A stretch of DNA of 64,000 nucleotides from an uncultured bacterium (lineage in GTDB: Bacteria > Cyanobacteriota > Cyanobacteriia > Phormidesmidales > Phormidesmidaceae). Positions 1 to 10,168 of the stretch are shown piece by piece. The stretch is taken from contig CBKWJC010000009.1 in NCBI GenBank assembly GCA_966674685.1, positions 25,490 to 89,489 on the forward strand, in the 5' to 3' direction. The notes beneath the pieces are model-generated. The model did no database searches. It was given only the letters and a program-made list of their open reading frames with translations, and was not told the origin of the DNA. The translations under genes were made by a program, and so were the position numbers. How positions within the stretch are numbered: position 1 is the first letter of the stretch; every line of letters starts with the position of its first letter.

Positions 1-45
1 CATGCCATAATGATCCGGCTAAGACGCAAGTGAACGTTTCGCCGC

Positions 46-1125
46 ATGACCCAAGCTCCTTTTACCACAGACCTTTCGAGCAGCAATCCCGAAGATTTTG
101 ACCTTTCTTTTCAACTGCCCGATCCCGAAGACGACCAAATTTCCGAAGCTGAGTTTCAGCAGCAGGTGGAAACGGCATGGCTGATCTGCGATCGCTTTGA
201 CTTGCAAACTGATATCTGGCGGGGGCGCATTCTCAGAACTGTGCGCGATCGCGAAAAGCGGGGCGGCGATGGACGCGGCACGGGCTTCCTCAACTGGCTG
301 AAGGATCGAGAAATCAGCAAGAGTCAAGCCTATGCTCTGATTGAACTAGCCAACAGCGCCGACACCCTGCTGGAAAATGGCGTTTTAGAAGCGCAGGACG
401 TGAATCAGTTCAGTAAGCGGGCGTTTGTCGAAACCGCTCAGTCCTCGCCCGAAGTGCAGCAGCTCGTCAGCGAAGCCGCCCATCGAGGCGACCACATCAC
501 CCGGCGCGAAGTCCGTCAGCTCTCGGACGAATGGACAGCGATGACCTCGGATTTGCTGCCGGATGAAATTAAGGAAAAAGCGGCCAACAACACCATTCCC
601 GCCCGCTACCTGTCGCCGCTGGTCAAGGAGATGGAAAAGCTGCCGGAACCGCATCAAAACACGCTCAAAACCGAGGTGGCGCTCAATCCCGACATTGACA
701 CGCTGAAGCAGGTCACGACCGAAGCCCGTTACCTATCGAAGTACCTGGCGGCGGCGGTGCAGGTACAGGCGCTGAATCACGAGACGCTGGATATTGAACA
801 GGCATTGGAAGAAGCGCTCCGTGTCGGCTGTCTGAACGCGACGGCTGACTTAGTTAACCAGGCCGCTCAACTGGAACAGGCAACAGTGAAGCTTTACACG
901 GCCTGGAAAAAAATCAAAGACCTCTCCGATCGCGTTTACGTAGACAGCGGAGCCAGCACGCCCCATCTGCGATCGCTCCTATCCCATCTAACGCCGCTCA
1001 CAGGTGATTTGATCCAGGTACAGCTTGGCGACCCCAATAGTCCGTTATCCCGCACGATACGCCTGCAAGTCTTACCCGATGAAGAATCGCTGTACGAAGA
1101 CAACTCAATCGAAAACCTCAATTAG
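46..1125 (+). CDS. conserved hypothetical protein (acidic N-terminus, largely helical)
   Basis: Intact 359-aa ORF with host-like GC and internal HIP1 sites. No catalytic motif recognised. Confidence 0.55.
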   Translation: MTQAPFTTDLSSSNPEDFDLSFQLPDPEDDQISEAEFQQQVETAWLICDRFDLQTDIWRGRILRTVRDREKRGGDGRGTGFLNWLKDREISKSQAYALIELANSADTLLENGVLEAQDVNQFSKRAFVETAQSSPEVQQLVSEAAHRGDHITRREVRQLSDEWTAMTSDLLPDEIKEKAANNTIPARYLSPLVKEMEKLPEPHQNTLKTEVALNPDIDTLKQVTTEARYLSKYLAAAVQVQALNHETLDIEQALEEALRVGCLNATADLVNQAAQLEQATVKLYTAWKKIKDLSDRVYVDSGASTPHLRSLLSHLTPLTGDLIQVQLGDPNSPLSRTIRLQVLPDEESLYEDNSIENLN

Positions 1126-1149
1126 CCTGATATCAATTCAGCAATTTAG

Positions 1150-1290
1150 CACTACCGATGAGTTCAGTGATGAGTCCAGTATTGAGGACTGAGAGTTGAA
1201 TGTTGAGTTGTGAGTGTTGAATTATGAGTGTTAGTTAGGTCAATCATTAAAAACTCAAAATTAAAAACTCTTCACTCCTCACGGTACTAA
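1150..1290. repeat. GAGT/ACTC-rich imperfect palindrome at a convergent gene junction (likely bidirectional terminator element)
   Basis: The left arm is rich in GAGT/TGAG and the right arm in AAAACTCAAAA, ending ...CACTCCTCAC. The same architecture recurs at 61190-61300. Confidence 0.5.
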
Positions 1291-1314
1291 TAAGCCGACA
1301 TAACCGGAGATCAG

Positions 1315-2163
1315 TCAGCTTTTTACGCCCGTTGAGGCGATCCCGCGTATAAACTGGCGCTGCCCAATCAAGAACAACAGCACAATGGGTAGCGTCGCAA
1401 TCACCACCGCCGCCATCAGCAGTGGCCAGTCGCTCGTGTACTGCTCTTGGAACTGGGCCAGCGCAAGCTGTACCGTCTGTAATTCAGGTCGAGTGGTAAA
1501 CACTAAGGGCTTAAATAAATCGTTCCATTCACCGATGAACGTGAAGAGAAATAGGGTAACCAGTGCAGGCCGAGCCAGCGGCAGCATAATTTTCCACAGC
1601 ACCTGGAGCCGATTTGCGCCGTCGAGCATGGCCGCCTCTTCTAGCTCGACCGGAATGGATCGAAAATACTGTCGCATCAGAAAAATGCCAAAGGCATTGG
1701 CTGCGGTCGGCAAAATTAATGCGCCGTAGGTGTTAATCAATCCACCCCAGCGCAAAACTAGGAAAATTGGAATCACCAAAAGCTGAAACGGAATCACCAG
1801 CGACGCGACGATAAGCAGTAAAAGCGCTCGGCGGCCTCGAAACTGGAGACGTGCGATCGCATATCCCGCCAAAGCCGAAGTGACAATCTGAGCTACCGTT
1901 ACCACCAGTGCTACCAGGGTGGAATTAGCGTAGGCCAGCAAAAAATCACCCTGTCGCCACGCTAATCGGTAACTGTCCAACGATAACCCCAAAGACCGAA
2001 AAATCTCGTCTGGTATCGTATTCGGTGGAGCAAAAGCGCTAAGCACCACGACCACCAGCGGCAGCAAAATAATTACGGCCCCAATCGTGAGCAGCACAAG
2101 ATTCAGAATCCAAAACCAGCGAGCCTGATTTGCCATGCTGTTGATCATCCTTTGGCAAGCCAA
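1315..2163 (-). CDS. carbohydrate ABC transporter permease (MalG/UgpE-type)
   Basis: 282 aa with multiple TM segments. It carries the EAA loop motif EEAAMLDGANRLQVLWKIMLPLARPAL typical of binding-protein-dependent permeases. Confidence 0.85.
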   Translation of the reverse strand: MACQRMINSMANQARWFWILNLVLLTIGAVIILLPLVVVVLSAFAPPNTIPDEIFRSLGLSLDSYRLAWRQGDFLLAYANSTLVALVVTVAQIVTSALAGYAIARLQFRGRRALLLLIVASLVIPFQLLVIPIFLVLRWGGLINTYGALILPTAANAFGIFLMRQYFRSIPVELEEAAMLDGANRLQVLWKIMLPLARPALVTLFLFTFIGEWNDLFKPLVFTTRPELQTVQLALAQFQEQYTSDWPLLMAAVVIATLPIVLLFLIGQRQFIRGIASTGVKS

Positions 2164-2567
2164 CGATTCAAACGTCTAATCAAATTCAATCAAGTACCTT
2201 AAGTACTAAGTACTAATGCTTATCTAAAATCTATACTTATCGATTGCGCTTTAACCTCCCTAATCTTTCCTATGACTGCTTGTAAAGCGTAGCTTAGAAA
2301 CAGTAGGGTGTAGAGAGTGGCAAGATCTAGCCAAAACAAATTATTTTATAGTTCTGGCAGTCGGAGGGGGACATTTAGCGAGTTTTCTTTACGCTAAAGT
2401 AAGGCTGGTGACATTTTTATGTCTAGCCATGCCAGCAATGCTTGCCGCTTAGCACCATGATCGTTTGATTGAGGTTGTTTGATTGACAGTCATCAAGCAT
2501 TCTGGCGCTAACCGCAGCCAATCAACATTCTTGGCTCGTTTGATCTAGTAGAGGTGACAGTAGACCT

Positions 2568-3263
2568 ATGCAGCAGCTTGAGGCTAATCCAGTACTTGAT
2601 TACTACAGCGAGGCGTATCAAAGTGCCTACAGCCGCATTAATGCGATCGTAATCGAGGGCGAAGAGGAAGCAAACTCCAACTACCAGCAGTTGGCTGAGC
2701 TTATGCCAGAGCACAAGGAGGAGCTCATCCGCCTGGCTAAGATGGAGAATCGCCACAAAAAGGGCTTTCAAGCCTGTGGACGCAACCTATCCGTTACTCC
2801 CGACATGGAGTTTGCCAAAGCATTCTTCGCTCAGCTCCATCAGAACTTTCAGGAGGCATATGCTGAAGGCCGCATTGTCACCTGTTTACTGATTCAATCC
2901 CTGATTATTGAGTGCTTTGCCATCTCGGCTTACAACATCTATATCCCTGTTGCCGACGACTTTGCGCGTAAGGTGACCGAAGGAGTTGTCAAAGATGAGT
3001 ATCTTCATCTGAACTTTGGAGAAGAGTGGCTCAAAGCTAATTTTGAGGCATCCAAAGATGAGCTAGAGCAGGCCAATCGCCAAAACCTGCCGCTGGTTTG
3101 GAAAATGCTCAATCAAGTTGAAGACGATGCAGCCGTACTGGGCATGGAAAAAGAAGCCCTCGTGGAAGATTTCATGATCAGCTACGGTGAAGCGCTAGGG
3201 AACATTGGTTTCAGCAATCGCGACATCATGCGGATGTCAGCTCATGGTCTAGCCGCTGCATAA
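2568..3263 (+). CDS. ado: aldehyde-deformylating oxygenase
   Basis: 231-aa ferritin-like di-iron protein with the motifs [19 protein letters not shown] and [14 protein letters not shown]. It sits directly upstream of aar. Confidence 0.95.
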   Translation: MQQLEANPVLDYYSEAYQSAYSRINAIVIEGEEEANSNYQQLAELMPEHKEELIRLAKMENRHKKGFQACGRNLSVTPDMEFAKAFFAQLHQNFQEAYAEGRIVTCLLIQSLIIECFAISAYNIYIPVADDFARKVTEGVVKDEYLHLNFGEEWLKANFEASKDELEQANRQNLPLVWKMLNQVEDDAAVLGMEKEALVEDFMISYGEALGNIGFSNRDIMRMSAHGLAAA

Positions 3264-3345
3264 ATAAGTAAGTTGGCATAAAAAGCACATCTAGCAACCG
3301 GGGGAGCACTCCGGAGGGGCACTCCCCCGGTTGCTAGATTATGAT
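3262..3345. repeat. dispersed hairpin element, copy 1 (AAGTAAGTTG...AACCGGGGGA / TCCCCCGGTT); probable ado terminator
   Basis: Near-perfect inverted repeat at 3289-3339, just after the ado stop codon. A homologous copy lies at 6262-6345. Confidence 0.6.
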
Positions 3346-3590
3346 CTATTCGTATGCAGCTCCTTATCTTCAGTTAGCAGTTAGCTACAACGTGAAACCG
3401 ATCAAGTGGTTCACAGACTGTTTGGTCGGTTTTCGCCTACGAGTCGTTTTCTGAGCAGTGTGTATCAAATGAACGTGACATGACTATCAAACTCATGTTT
3501 TTCTGAATAGGCTGCTCTGATTTGTAGATACACAATCCCTGTCCACCCAATTCTTAATGAGCCTTTGCAGGGCTTTAGCCTGACACAACT

Positions 3591-4616
3591 ATGTTTGGTT
3601 TAATCGGTCATCTGACGAGCTTAGAACACGCCCAATCTGTTGCTAGAGATTTAGGATATCCAGAATATGCCGATCAAGGTCTTGATTTTTGGTGTAGCGC
3701 GCCGCCACAAATCGTCGATGACTTTTCGGTAACCAGCGTAACAGGGCAAACCATTGAAGGGCGCTATGTCGAATCCTGTTTCTTGCCAGAGATGCTTGCG
3801 ACTCGTCGTATCAAGGCCGCAACCCGCAAGATTATCAACGCCATGGCTCATGCCCAAAAAAATGGTATCGACATTACGGCTTTGGGTGGATTTTCATCGA
3901 TTATTTTTGAGAACTTCAATCTCCAGCGGATTCAGCAAGTTCGCAACGTCAAGCTTGACTTTCGCCGCTTTACGACGGGTAATACCCATACGGCCTACGT
4001 GATTTGTCGTCAGGTTGAGCAGGCCGCAGAGCAAGTTGGCATCAAGCTATCCGAGGCAACGGTGGCCGTTTGTGGTGCAACGGGTGACATTGGTAGCGCC
4101 GTCTGCCGCTGGCTGAATGCGCGGACGGATATTGCTGATCTGCTACTAGTCGCGCGTAACCAAGAGCGTCTACAGCTACTCCAGGATGAGCTAGGGCGCG
4201 GCAAAATTCTGCCGATGGAAGACGCTCTCCCCCAGGCGGACATTATCGTTTGGGTGGCGAGTATGCCAAAAGGCGTTGAGATTGACCCATCGACGCTAAA
4301 GCAGCCCTGTTTGATTATTGACGGTGGCTATCCCAAGAATATGGGTAGCAAATTTGATCACCCTCACATTCACGTTCTCAATGGCGGCATTGTTGAGCAT
4401 TCGCTGGATATTGACTGGCGAATTATGAACATTGTCAATATGGATGTGCCTGCCCGTCAGATGTTTGCTTGCTTTGCCGAATCGATGCTGCTGGAGTTTG
4501 AGAAGTGGCATACGAATTTCTCTTGGGGCCGCAATCAGATTTCATTGGAAAAGATGGATATGATTGGTCAGGTTTCGGTTAAGCATGGTTTCCGGCCATT
4601 GCTGCTGGGGCACTGA
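3591..4616 (+). CDS. aar: long-chain acyl-ACP reductase
   Basis: 341 aa. The N-terminus [15 protein letters not shown] and the motifs [10 protein letters not shown] and [11 protein letters not shown] are typical of cyanobacterial AAR. It is adjacent to ado. Confidence 0.95.
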   Translation: MFGLIGHLTSLEHAQSVARDLGYPEYADQGLDFWCSAPPQIVDDFSVTSVTGQTIEGRYVESCFLPEMLATRRIKAATRKIINAMAHAQKNGIDITALGGFSSIIFENFNLQRIQQVRNVKLDFRRFTTGNTHTAYVICRQVEQAAEQVGIKLSEATVAVCGATGDIGSAVCRWLNARTDIADLLLVARNQERLQLLQDELGRGKILPMEDALPQADIIVWVASMPKGVEIDPSTLKQPCLIIDGGYPKNMGSKFDHPHIHVLNGGIVEHSLDIDWRIMNIVNMDVPARQMFACFAESMLLEFEKWHTNFSWGRNQISLEKMDMIGQVSVKHGFRPLLLGH

Positions 4617-4813
4617 TGGCTTGAGGTGTTTAACCTTTCGGCCTCGTTGGGAGTGTTGGGGGAAGGGTTAATGGTTGGTGTGCGATCGCACCTTTCCTGA
4701 TATTCCTCTCCTGACGTTTTTGCTCATCTGCTGACACTTTTTGATAGGTTAATAACTAGGTTTCTATACCTAATTGCTCTTGTTCACTCTCGTTGTGATA
4801 CACAATCCGCTAC

Positions 4814-5800
4814 ATGGCTACTTCGACTCGCCGACCCATCCTCTTAGATTTTGAAAAACCGCTATCCGAACTGGAAGCGCGGATTAATCAGATCCGTGAC
4901 CTGGCCGAAGAGAATGATGTTGATGTCACCGATCAAATTCGGCAGCTAGAGGCTCGGGCTGAGCAACTGCGAGAGGAAATCTTCAGCGGGTTGTCGCCAG
5001 CCCAGCGATTGCAGGTTGCCCGCCATCCCCGGCGACCCAGCACGCTGGATTACATTCAGGCGATTACCGACGAGTGGATTGAGCTGCATGGCGATCGCAG
5101 TACGGGCAAGGATGACTCGGCCATTGTCACGGGCATCGGTCGGCTGAATGGTCGTCCTGTAGTGCTGCTGGGCCACCAAAAAGGCCGGGACACCAAAGAT
5201 AACGTAGCGCGTAACTTCGGTATGGCTTCTCCCAGCGGCTATCGCAAGGCCATGCGGCTGATGAATCACGCCGATCGGTTTGGTATGCCAATCATTGCCT
5301 TTATTGATACGCCGGGTGCATTTCCTGGCCCAGAAGCTGAGCGGCTGGGCCAGGGTGAGGCCATTGCTTACAACCTACGCGAAATGTTCCGGCTGAATGT
5401 GCCGATTGTCTGCACGGTGATTGGTGAAGGCGGTTCCGGTGGTGCGCTAGGCATCGGAATTTGCGATCGCTTATTGATGTTTGAGCATTCGGTCTACACC
5501 GTTGCCAGTCCAGAAGCCTGTGCTGCCATTCTCTGGAAAGACGCAGCCAAGGCACCTCGGGCGGCTGAAGCACTGAAAATCACGGCCAAAGATTTGAAGG
5601 AACTTGGTATTTTAGATCAGCTTTTACCAGAACCGATTGGTGGGGCGCACGCCGATCCAGTAAAAGCAACTGAAACTCTCAAAACCGCTTTAATTGAAAA
5701 TATCAATGAGCTGAGCCAGTTGACGAACGAAGAGCGAAAAAACCTGCGCTATCAAAAATTTCGACAGATTGGCCGATTCACAACGGAACCCATTGCCTGA
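4814..5800 (+). CDS. accA: acetyl-CoA carboxylase carboxyltransferase subunit alpha
   Basis: 328 aa with [23 protein letters not shown] and [12 protein letters not shown] motifs. Confidence 0.95.
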   Translation: MATSTRRPILLDFEKPLSELEARINQIRDLAEENDVDVTDQIRQLEARAEQLREEIFSGLSPAQRLQVARHPRRPSTLDYIQAITDEWIELHGDRSTGKDDSAIVTGIGRLNGRPVVLLGHQKGRDTKDNVARNFGMASPSGYRKAMRLMNHADRFGMPIIAFIDTPGAFPGPEAERLGQGEAIAYNLREMFRLNVPIVCTVIGEGGSGGALGIGICDRLLMFEHSVYTVASPEACAAILWKDAAKAPRAAEALKITAKDLKELGILDQLLPEPIGGAHADPVKATETLKTALIENINELSQLTNEERKNLRYQKFRQIGRFTTEPIA

Positions 5801-5818
5801 ATATTTTAATCATGCAGC

Positions 5819-5875
5819 AAAAGAGTGATGAGAGGCAAAGTAAGCTGAGCTTGCTTCGCCTCTCATCACTCTTTT
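5819..5875 (+). terminator. stem-loop downstream of accA
   Basis: Perfect 18-bp inverted repeat AAAAGAGTGATGAGAGGC / GCCTCTCATCACTCTTTT, 19 nt after the accA stop. The right arm ends in TTTT. Confidence 0.7.
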
Positions 5876-6261
5876 GGCTGAATTTCTAGAGTCATCGCCA
5901 TGCCAGATAATTGTCAACAAAATTTTAAGCAATTTCTAAGGCTCATGACTGAATTCAATGTAAGCTGAGACGTGTGGTAATCCCCTAAAAATTTGAGTCG
6001 GAAAACCGAATTTGGCCAAACCTGCCTAAAGGGAAAATCAAGTGTTAAAATGAGAGGCGAAACATAACTTAATACTCGCCAATTGATCAACAGCAACAGC
6101 TTTGAGGCTGATTCATTTGAGTTAGCACATTCAACTTGATGAATCAAATATAGAGTTTTCTCAATTTGCCAAACTGCTATCCTGCTGTTACCAACTGATA
6201 ATGAGGCATTTTAGCTTTTAATTCTTGCTTCTTGAGCATGTCGGAGTCGCGGCATCAACTA

Positions 6262-6345
6262 GTTAAGTAAGTTGACACAAGTAAAACGGATCTAAAAACC
6301 GGGGGACGCCCCGGAAGTGTTTTCCCGGTTTTTAAATGATCCAGC
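6262..6345. repeat. dispersed hairpin element, copy 2
   Basis: AAGTAAGTTGACACAAG...AAAAACCGGGGGA...TTCCCGGTTTTTAAA aligns with 3262-3345. Confidence 0.55.
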
Positions 6346-6616
6346 TATTTGTCTAGAGCTATTTAATTAGGTATTACGGCGCTGTCGGTGCTGACACAAT
6401 CAATTCAGCGGATTGAATTTGCCAATTTTCTTGATTGCTGATATCTCTTAATCTACCAATAAACCACATAGTATGTCAGCCACGGATGGCAACATCAGCT
6501 AGTAGTATTGCCCCACTTTAAAGCGGGCTAAACCATCAATTAGTCTCAATGGTTCTGATAAGACATTAATTCAGTTTGAGCCAAGTAGTGATCACAGCCG
6601 CACATTCAGTAATTTC

Positions 6617-7342
6617 ATGACTTTATCTAAGACACAGCGTGTCCTTATCACTGGAGCCAGTAGCGGAATTGGCAAAGCAACTGCGATCGCATTTGCGAAA
6701 GCCGGATTCGATTTGGTGCTGGTCAGTCGATCCGCCGATAAGCTGGAAGCTGTCGCTCAGGATATCCAGGCGGCAGGAAGAACCGCTCAGGTCTACCCAT
6801 TGGATTTAGCCAACCTTGAGCAAGTCAAGCCTCGCATGATGGCAATTGCCGAGAAAAGCGGCGGCATCGACATCTTGGTCAACAATGCTGGTATGGGCTA
6901 CACCAACACGATTGACGATACGTCACTAGCGGATTGGCAGCAGGTACTGGATCTCAATTTGACCAGCGTTTTCCAGTGTATTCAGGCCATTCTGCCAGGG
7001 ATGCGTGCCCAACAGCACGGCCTGATTATCAACGTTGCTTCGATTGCGGCGAGTAGTGCATTTCCAGGTTGGGGAGCCTACAGCGTCAGTAAAGCAGGGC
7101 TGGTGACCTTATCGAAAATTGTGGCCGCCGAAGAGCGGAGTAACGGGATTCGGGTCGTCACGATCTCTCCTGGTGCTGTCAACACCCCGATTTGGGACAC
7201 CAATACGGTGCAGGCCGACTTTGATCGGTCGGGTATGTTAACACCGGAAATCGTAGCCCACAGCATTCTTCATGCAGCGTTGCTGCCCGAGCAGGCTGTC
7301 ATTGAGGATTTAACCGTGATGCCGAGTGCTGGTGCGCTCTAA
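6617..7342 (+). CDS. SDR-family short-chain dehydrogenase/reductase
   Basis: 241 aa with the TGASSGIGKA cofactor motif, NNAG, and the YSVSK catalytic Tyr-x3-Lys. Confidence 0.85.
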   Translation: MTLSKTQRVLITGASSGIGKATAIAFAKAGFDLVLVSRSADKLEAVAQDIQAAGRTAQVYPLDLANLEQVKPRMMAIAEKSGGIDILVNNAGMGYTNTIDDTSLADWQQVLDLNLTSVFQCIQAILPGMRAQQHGLIINVASIAASSAFPGWGAYSVSKAGLVTLSKIVAAEERSNGIRVVTISPGAVNTPIWDTNTVQADFDRSGMLTPEIVAHSILHAALLPEQAVIEDLTVMPSAGAL

Positions 7343-7411
7343 ATCATCGGCTCGTCCAGTTCAGTTTACGTTTACTTATTTGTCTTCGGAGAACTTAGGT
7401 TCAAATTTGCT

Positions 7412-8164
7412 ATGACTATCGCTTCTAATTACTCCAATGGTGCAAACTCAAACGGTGCGAGTACAAACAATGGCTCTCGGCTAGAAGAAGAACTATCTTC
7501 TGCGAAAGAGGCGCTGTTGAACAAGCCCGCCGAAGCTCGTCCCGATCGCAACACCAACCACGGCAAAGAGTCTCAGCCGCGTCCGACTACGGAAACGGCT
7601 AACGAAGAGATGATGGATGCCGTTCGCACCATGCTCCTGTCCGTTGGCGAAGATCCAGAACGGGAAGGACTATTGAAGACTCCGAAGCGGGTAGCGGAGG
7701 CAATGCGGTTCCTCACCAATGGCTATAATCAGTCGCTTGAGGAGCTGGTGAATGGAGCCATCTTCGATGAAGGCCACAACGAAATGGTTCTGGTACGAGA
7801 CATTGATGCCTTTAGTCTCTGCGAACACCACATGCTGCCGTTTATGGGGAAAGTGCATGTCGCCTATATTCCCAACCAGAAGGTAGTCGGCTTGAGTAAG
7901 CTGGCTCGGATTGTCGAAATGTATGCTCGCCGCCTCCAGGTGCAAGAGCGTCTAACCCGTCAAATTGCGGAAGCAGTGCAGACTATTCTTGACCCGCAGG
8001 GTGTAGCAGTCGTCATGGAAGCCAGCCACATGTGCATGGTGATGCGCGGTGTACAGAAGCCGGGTTCCTGGACGGTCACCAGCGCGATGCTCGGTGTTTT
8101 TCAAGAAGATCAAAAGACACGCGATGAGTTTCTCAGCTTGATTCGCCATCGGCCATCCTTCTAA
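7412..8164 (+). CDS. folE: GTP cyclohydrolase I
   Basis: The C-terminal 180 aa carry the [10 protein letters not shown] and HMCMVMRG motifs. The first ~70 aa are a low-complexity Asn/Ser/Gly extension. Confidence 0.93.
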   Translation: MTIASNYSNGANSNGASTNNGSRLEEELSSAKEALLNKPAEARPDRNTNHGKESQPRPTTETANEEMMDAVRTMLLSVGEDPEREGLLKTPKRVAEAMRFLTNGYNQSLEELVNGAIFDEGHNEMVLVRDIDAFSLCEHHMLPFMGKVHVAYIPNQKVVGLSKLARIVEMYARRLQVQERLTRQIAEAVQTILDPQGVAVVMEASHMCMVMRGVQKPGSWTVTSAMLGVFQEDQKTRDEFLSLIRHRPSF

Positions 8165-8184
8165 TGCTGAACTAAGACCAAATT

Positions 8185-8347
8185 CGACTAGAAAGAATCC
8201 GAATTGTCTTTTGTAAAGCCAAGCTGTGTCTGAACTTTTACAAAAGATAAAAACTGATTTTCATCTTAGGTCTGTGTCTATGAACCCAATTTCTTTTTGG
8301 TGAGGCGTTTGCTCCGTAAATGTCTCACCAAAAAGAAATTATGGGTT
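8185..8347. repeat. composite of two dispersed repeat families (GACTAGAAAGAATC... element plus AACCCAATTT palindrome)
   Basis: 8185-8290 resembles 57648-57735. The palindrome at 8283-8347 resembles those at 55809-55871 and 58154-58214. Confidence 0.6.
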
Positions 8348-8449
8348 TTCGATCAGGCGTGATATTACCAGCGGATTGCGTACAGCGAGTATATCAAACT
8401 ACATCAGAATCAGATCAGACTAGAGAGAACGGCTAGTTCGCGTCGCGAG

Positions 8450-9139
8450 CTAGCCGTTCTCTCTATTGGTTTTCCCGAGTACCATACCTAATGCATGGGC
8501 GGCGGCTTGCTTCTCGGCGTCCTGCTTGCGCTTGCCCGTGCCCGTACCGAAGGGTTGACCCTTGACGCTGACGACGGCTGTAAATGTTTTATCATGGTCG
8601 GGGCCGGATTGATGGGCAATGGTATAAACCGGATTTTCGCCAAATTGAGCCAGTGCCCAGGCTTGGAAGCGGCTTTTAACGTTATCGAATGTCGGGGTCG
8701 TGTCAAGCTGCTCGACCGCAGACTGAAAGAGCGGCTGCATGTAGGCTTTAACGGCCTCAATATTGGACTGGGTATCTAGCAAATACGCACCAATCATCGC
8801 TTCGAAAGCGCTGCTCAGCAGATTTGAATTGGTTCGTCCTCCGGTTTGCTCGGTGCCTTTGCCCAGACGCAGGTGACGACCCAAATCGAGCGCGATCGCA
8901 AATTTGGTGAGCTGAATTTCATCAACCAAGGCTGCCCGCATGGAGGTCAGTGTTCCTTCTGGATAGCCCGGATAGCGCTGGTAGAGGAATTCTCCGGCGA
9001 TGTAGGTCAGCACCGCATCACCTAAAAACTCCAACCGCTCATTGTGATCACCATCGTCTGGGTACTCGTTCACATAAGAACGATGAGTCATCGCCTGTTG
9101 GAACAGTTCAACAGATTCAAATGGGGGCAGTTGTAGCAT
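8450..9139 (-). CDS. rnc: ribonuclease III
   Basis: 229 aa with the RNase III signature NERLEFLGDAVL and a C-terminal dsRBD-like region. Confidence 0.9.
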   Translation of the reverse strand: MLQLPPFESVELFQQAMTHRSYVNEYPDDGDHNERLEFLGDAVLTYIAGEFLYQRYPGYPEGTLTSMRAALVDEIQLTKFAIALDLGRHLRLGKGTEQTGGRTNSNLLSSAFEAMIGAYLLDTQSNIEAVKAYMQPLFQSAVEQLDTTPTFDNVKSRFQAWALAQFGENPVYTIAHQSGPDHDKTFTAVVSVKGQPFGTGTGKRKQDAEKQAAAHALGMVLGKTNRENG

Positions 9140-9198
9140 GGTTCAGCAACAGGTTAAGGACAGGGGCCGTTTCTTAAACGTGCTGGCTCTTGGCTGGG

Positions 9199-9933
9199 CT
9201 ACATGAATTTAGTCAGCGAAACGATACCAAAAATCATAAATAAGCTACCGCCAAGGGCAGTAACGGTACGTTCTGAGATCCTACCTGCAATTAGACGCCC
9301 ACACAAAACTGCAATTACCGCGCAAATCGTGTGGCCCAAAATCGCACCGATTGTTACACCCAAGGGATGATAAGCCGTTGCCAGCATGACCGTGGCAATC
9401 TGGGTGCGATCGCCCCATTCAGCAACAAACGTCAGCGAAAATGCCTTGGCAATGATCTGCATCGCTTGCTTAGGAACGGTCTTGGACTCGGCGGCTTCAA
9501 CAGTTTGAATGGCGGCTTCTTGCTCATCAATTGGTGGCTGATCAGACATTTTACTCGCATCGTAGAGTAATTTCAGCCCAAATCCTAAAAAGAGTGCAAC
9601 TTCTGCCACCCGCACCCATGTCGTTGGCAACTGGGCAACGGCTTGTCCCAGGGCAACGGAAAGCAGCGTCATCGCTGCTAAGGCCAGCACTACACCCAGC
9701 AGCACCCAGCGCCGCTGGTGGCGCATCGCTAAAATAGCCGCGATAAAAAATGTCTTATCGCCCAGTTCGGAAATCGTAATTAAGGTTAATCCTGCTGTAA
9801 ATGCCGCTAACATCGCCTCAAGCTCCTCTGGATCGGTGGATGAAGTGACCACGCTTGATCGTGAGCTTGAAGGAGGGCTGAGAGAATTTGGCGAACTCCA
9901 CCAAGCCCACATCGATACGTGATTTGTGGTCAC
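9199..9933 (-). CDS. UPF0016 (GDT1/TMEM165/Mnx-like) putative Mn2+/Ca2+ transporter
   Basis: Two copies of the family motif E-x-G-D-(K/R)-(T/S) are present (ELGDKTF and EWGDRTQ), in a polytopic membrane protein. The ORF starts at a GTG. An internal ATG at 9813, preceded by GAGG, may be the true start. Confidence 0.85.
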   Translation of the reverse strand: MTTNHVSMWAWWSSPNSLSPPSSSRSSVVTSSTDPEELEAMLAAFTAGLTLITISELGDKTFFIAAILAMRHQRRWVLLGVVLALAAMTLLSVALGQAVAQLPTTWVRVAEVALFLGFGLKLLYDASKMSDQPPIDEQEAAIQTVEAAESKTVPKQAMQIIAKAFSLTFVAEWGDRTQIATVMLATAYHPLGVTIGAILGHTICAVIAVLCGRLIAGRISERTVTALGGSLFMIFGIVSLTKFM

Positions 9934-9951
9934 GATTCAAGTGAACTTAGT

Positions 9952-10079
9952 GAAGGTCTCGCTTTCAAATGAACTGCGGTTCAGATCAAGCTGAACACCG
10001 TTCATTTGCCACCTAAGCCAGGTTCATCACCAGTATGTTGACCTAGGTGTACTGGCTATGCCAGCAGCTACTCCCCTTC
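9952..10079 (-). promoter_or_regulatory. probable yybP-ykoY (Mn2+) riboswitch aptamer in the leader of the UPF0016 gene
   Basis: The minus-strand RNA reads GAAGGGGAGUAGC...AGCGAGACCUUC. It has the conserved L1 GGGGAGUAG and the 3' AGCNAGACC, with a P1 pairing of GAAGG/CCUUC. Between them lie the hairpin CUGGC-AUA-GCCAG, the stem CACCUAGG/CUUAGGUG, and the hairpin AAAUGAAC...GUUCAUUU. The order matches that of the L. lactis aptamer. Confidence 0.62.
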
Positions 10080-10168
10080 TACATGAAAAAATATACCAGG
10101 TTGTTGACGGTTTAGTGCGATCGCAATTCCAAATATCGGCAATTCATGAAAAATCGTGAATAAACATC

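Noticed and set aside
1274-1282. ACTCCTCAC occurs here and again at 61430-61438. It is reminiscent of the motif I associate with the cyanobacterial Yfr2/Cyano-1 sRNA family.
   Set aside because: Only 9 nt match and my recollection of the motif is uncertain. There is no flanking 5' stem-loop or terminator architecture. The second copy lies inside the 3' end of a CDS.
5914-6147. 77-aa minus-strand ORF in the accA-SDR gap.
   Set aside because: Its composition is unusual and AT-rich. It has no RBS and no recognisable motif. It lies in repeat-bearing non-coding DNA.
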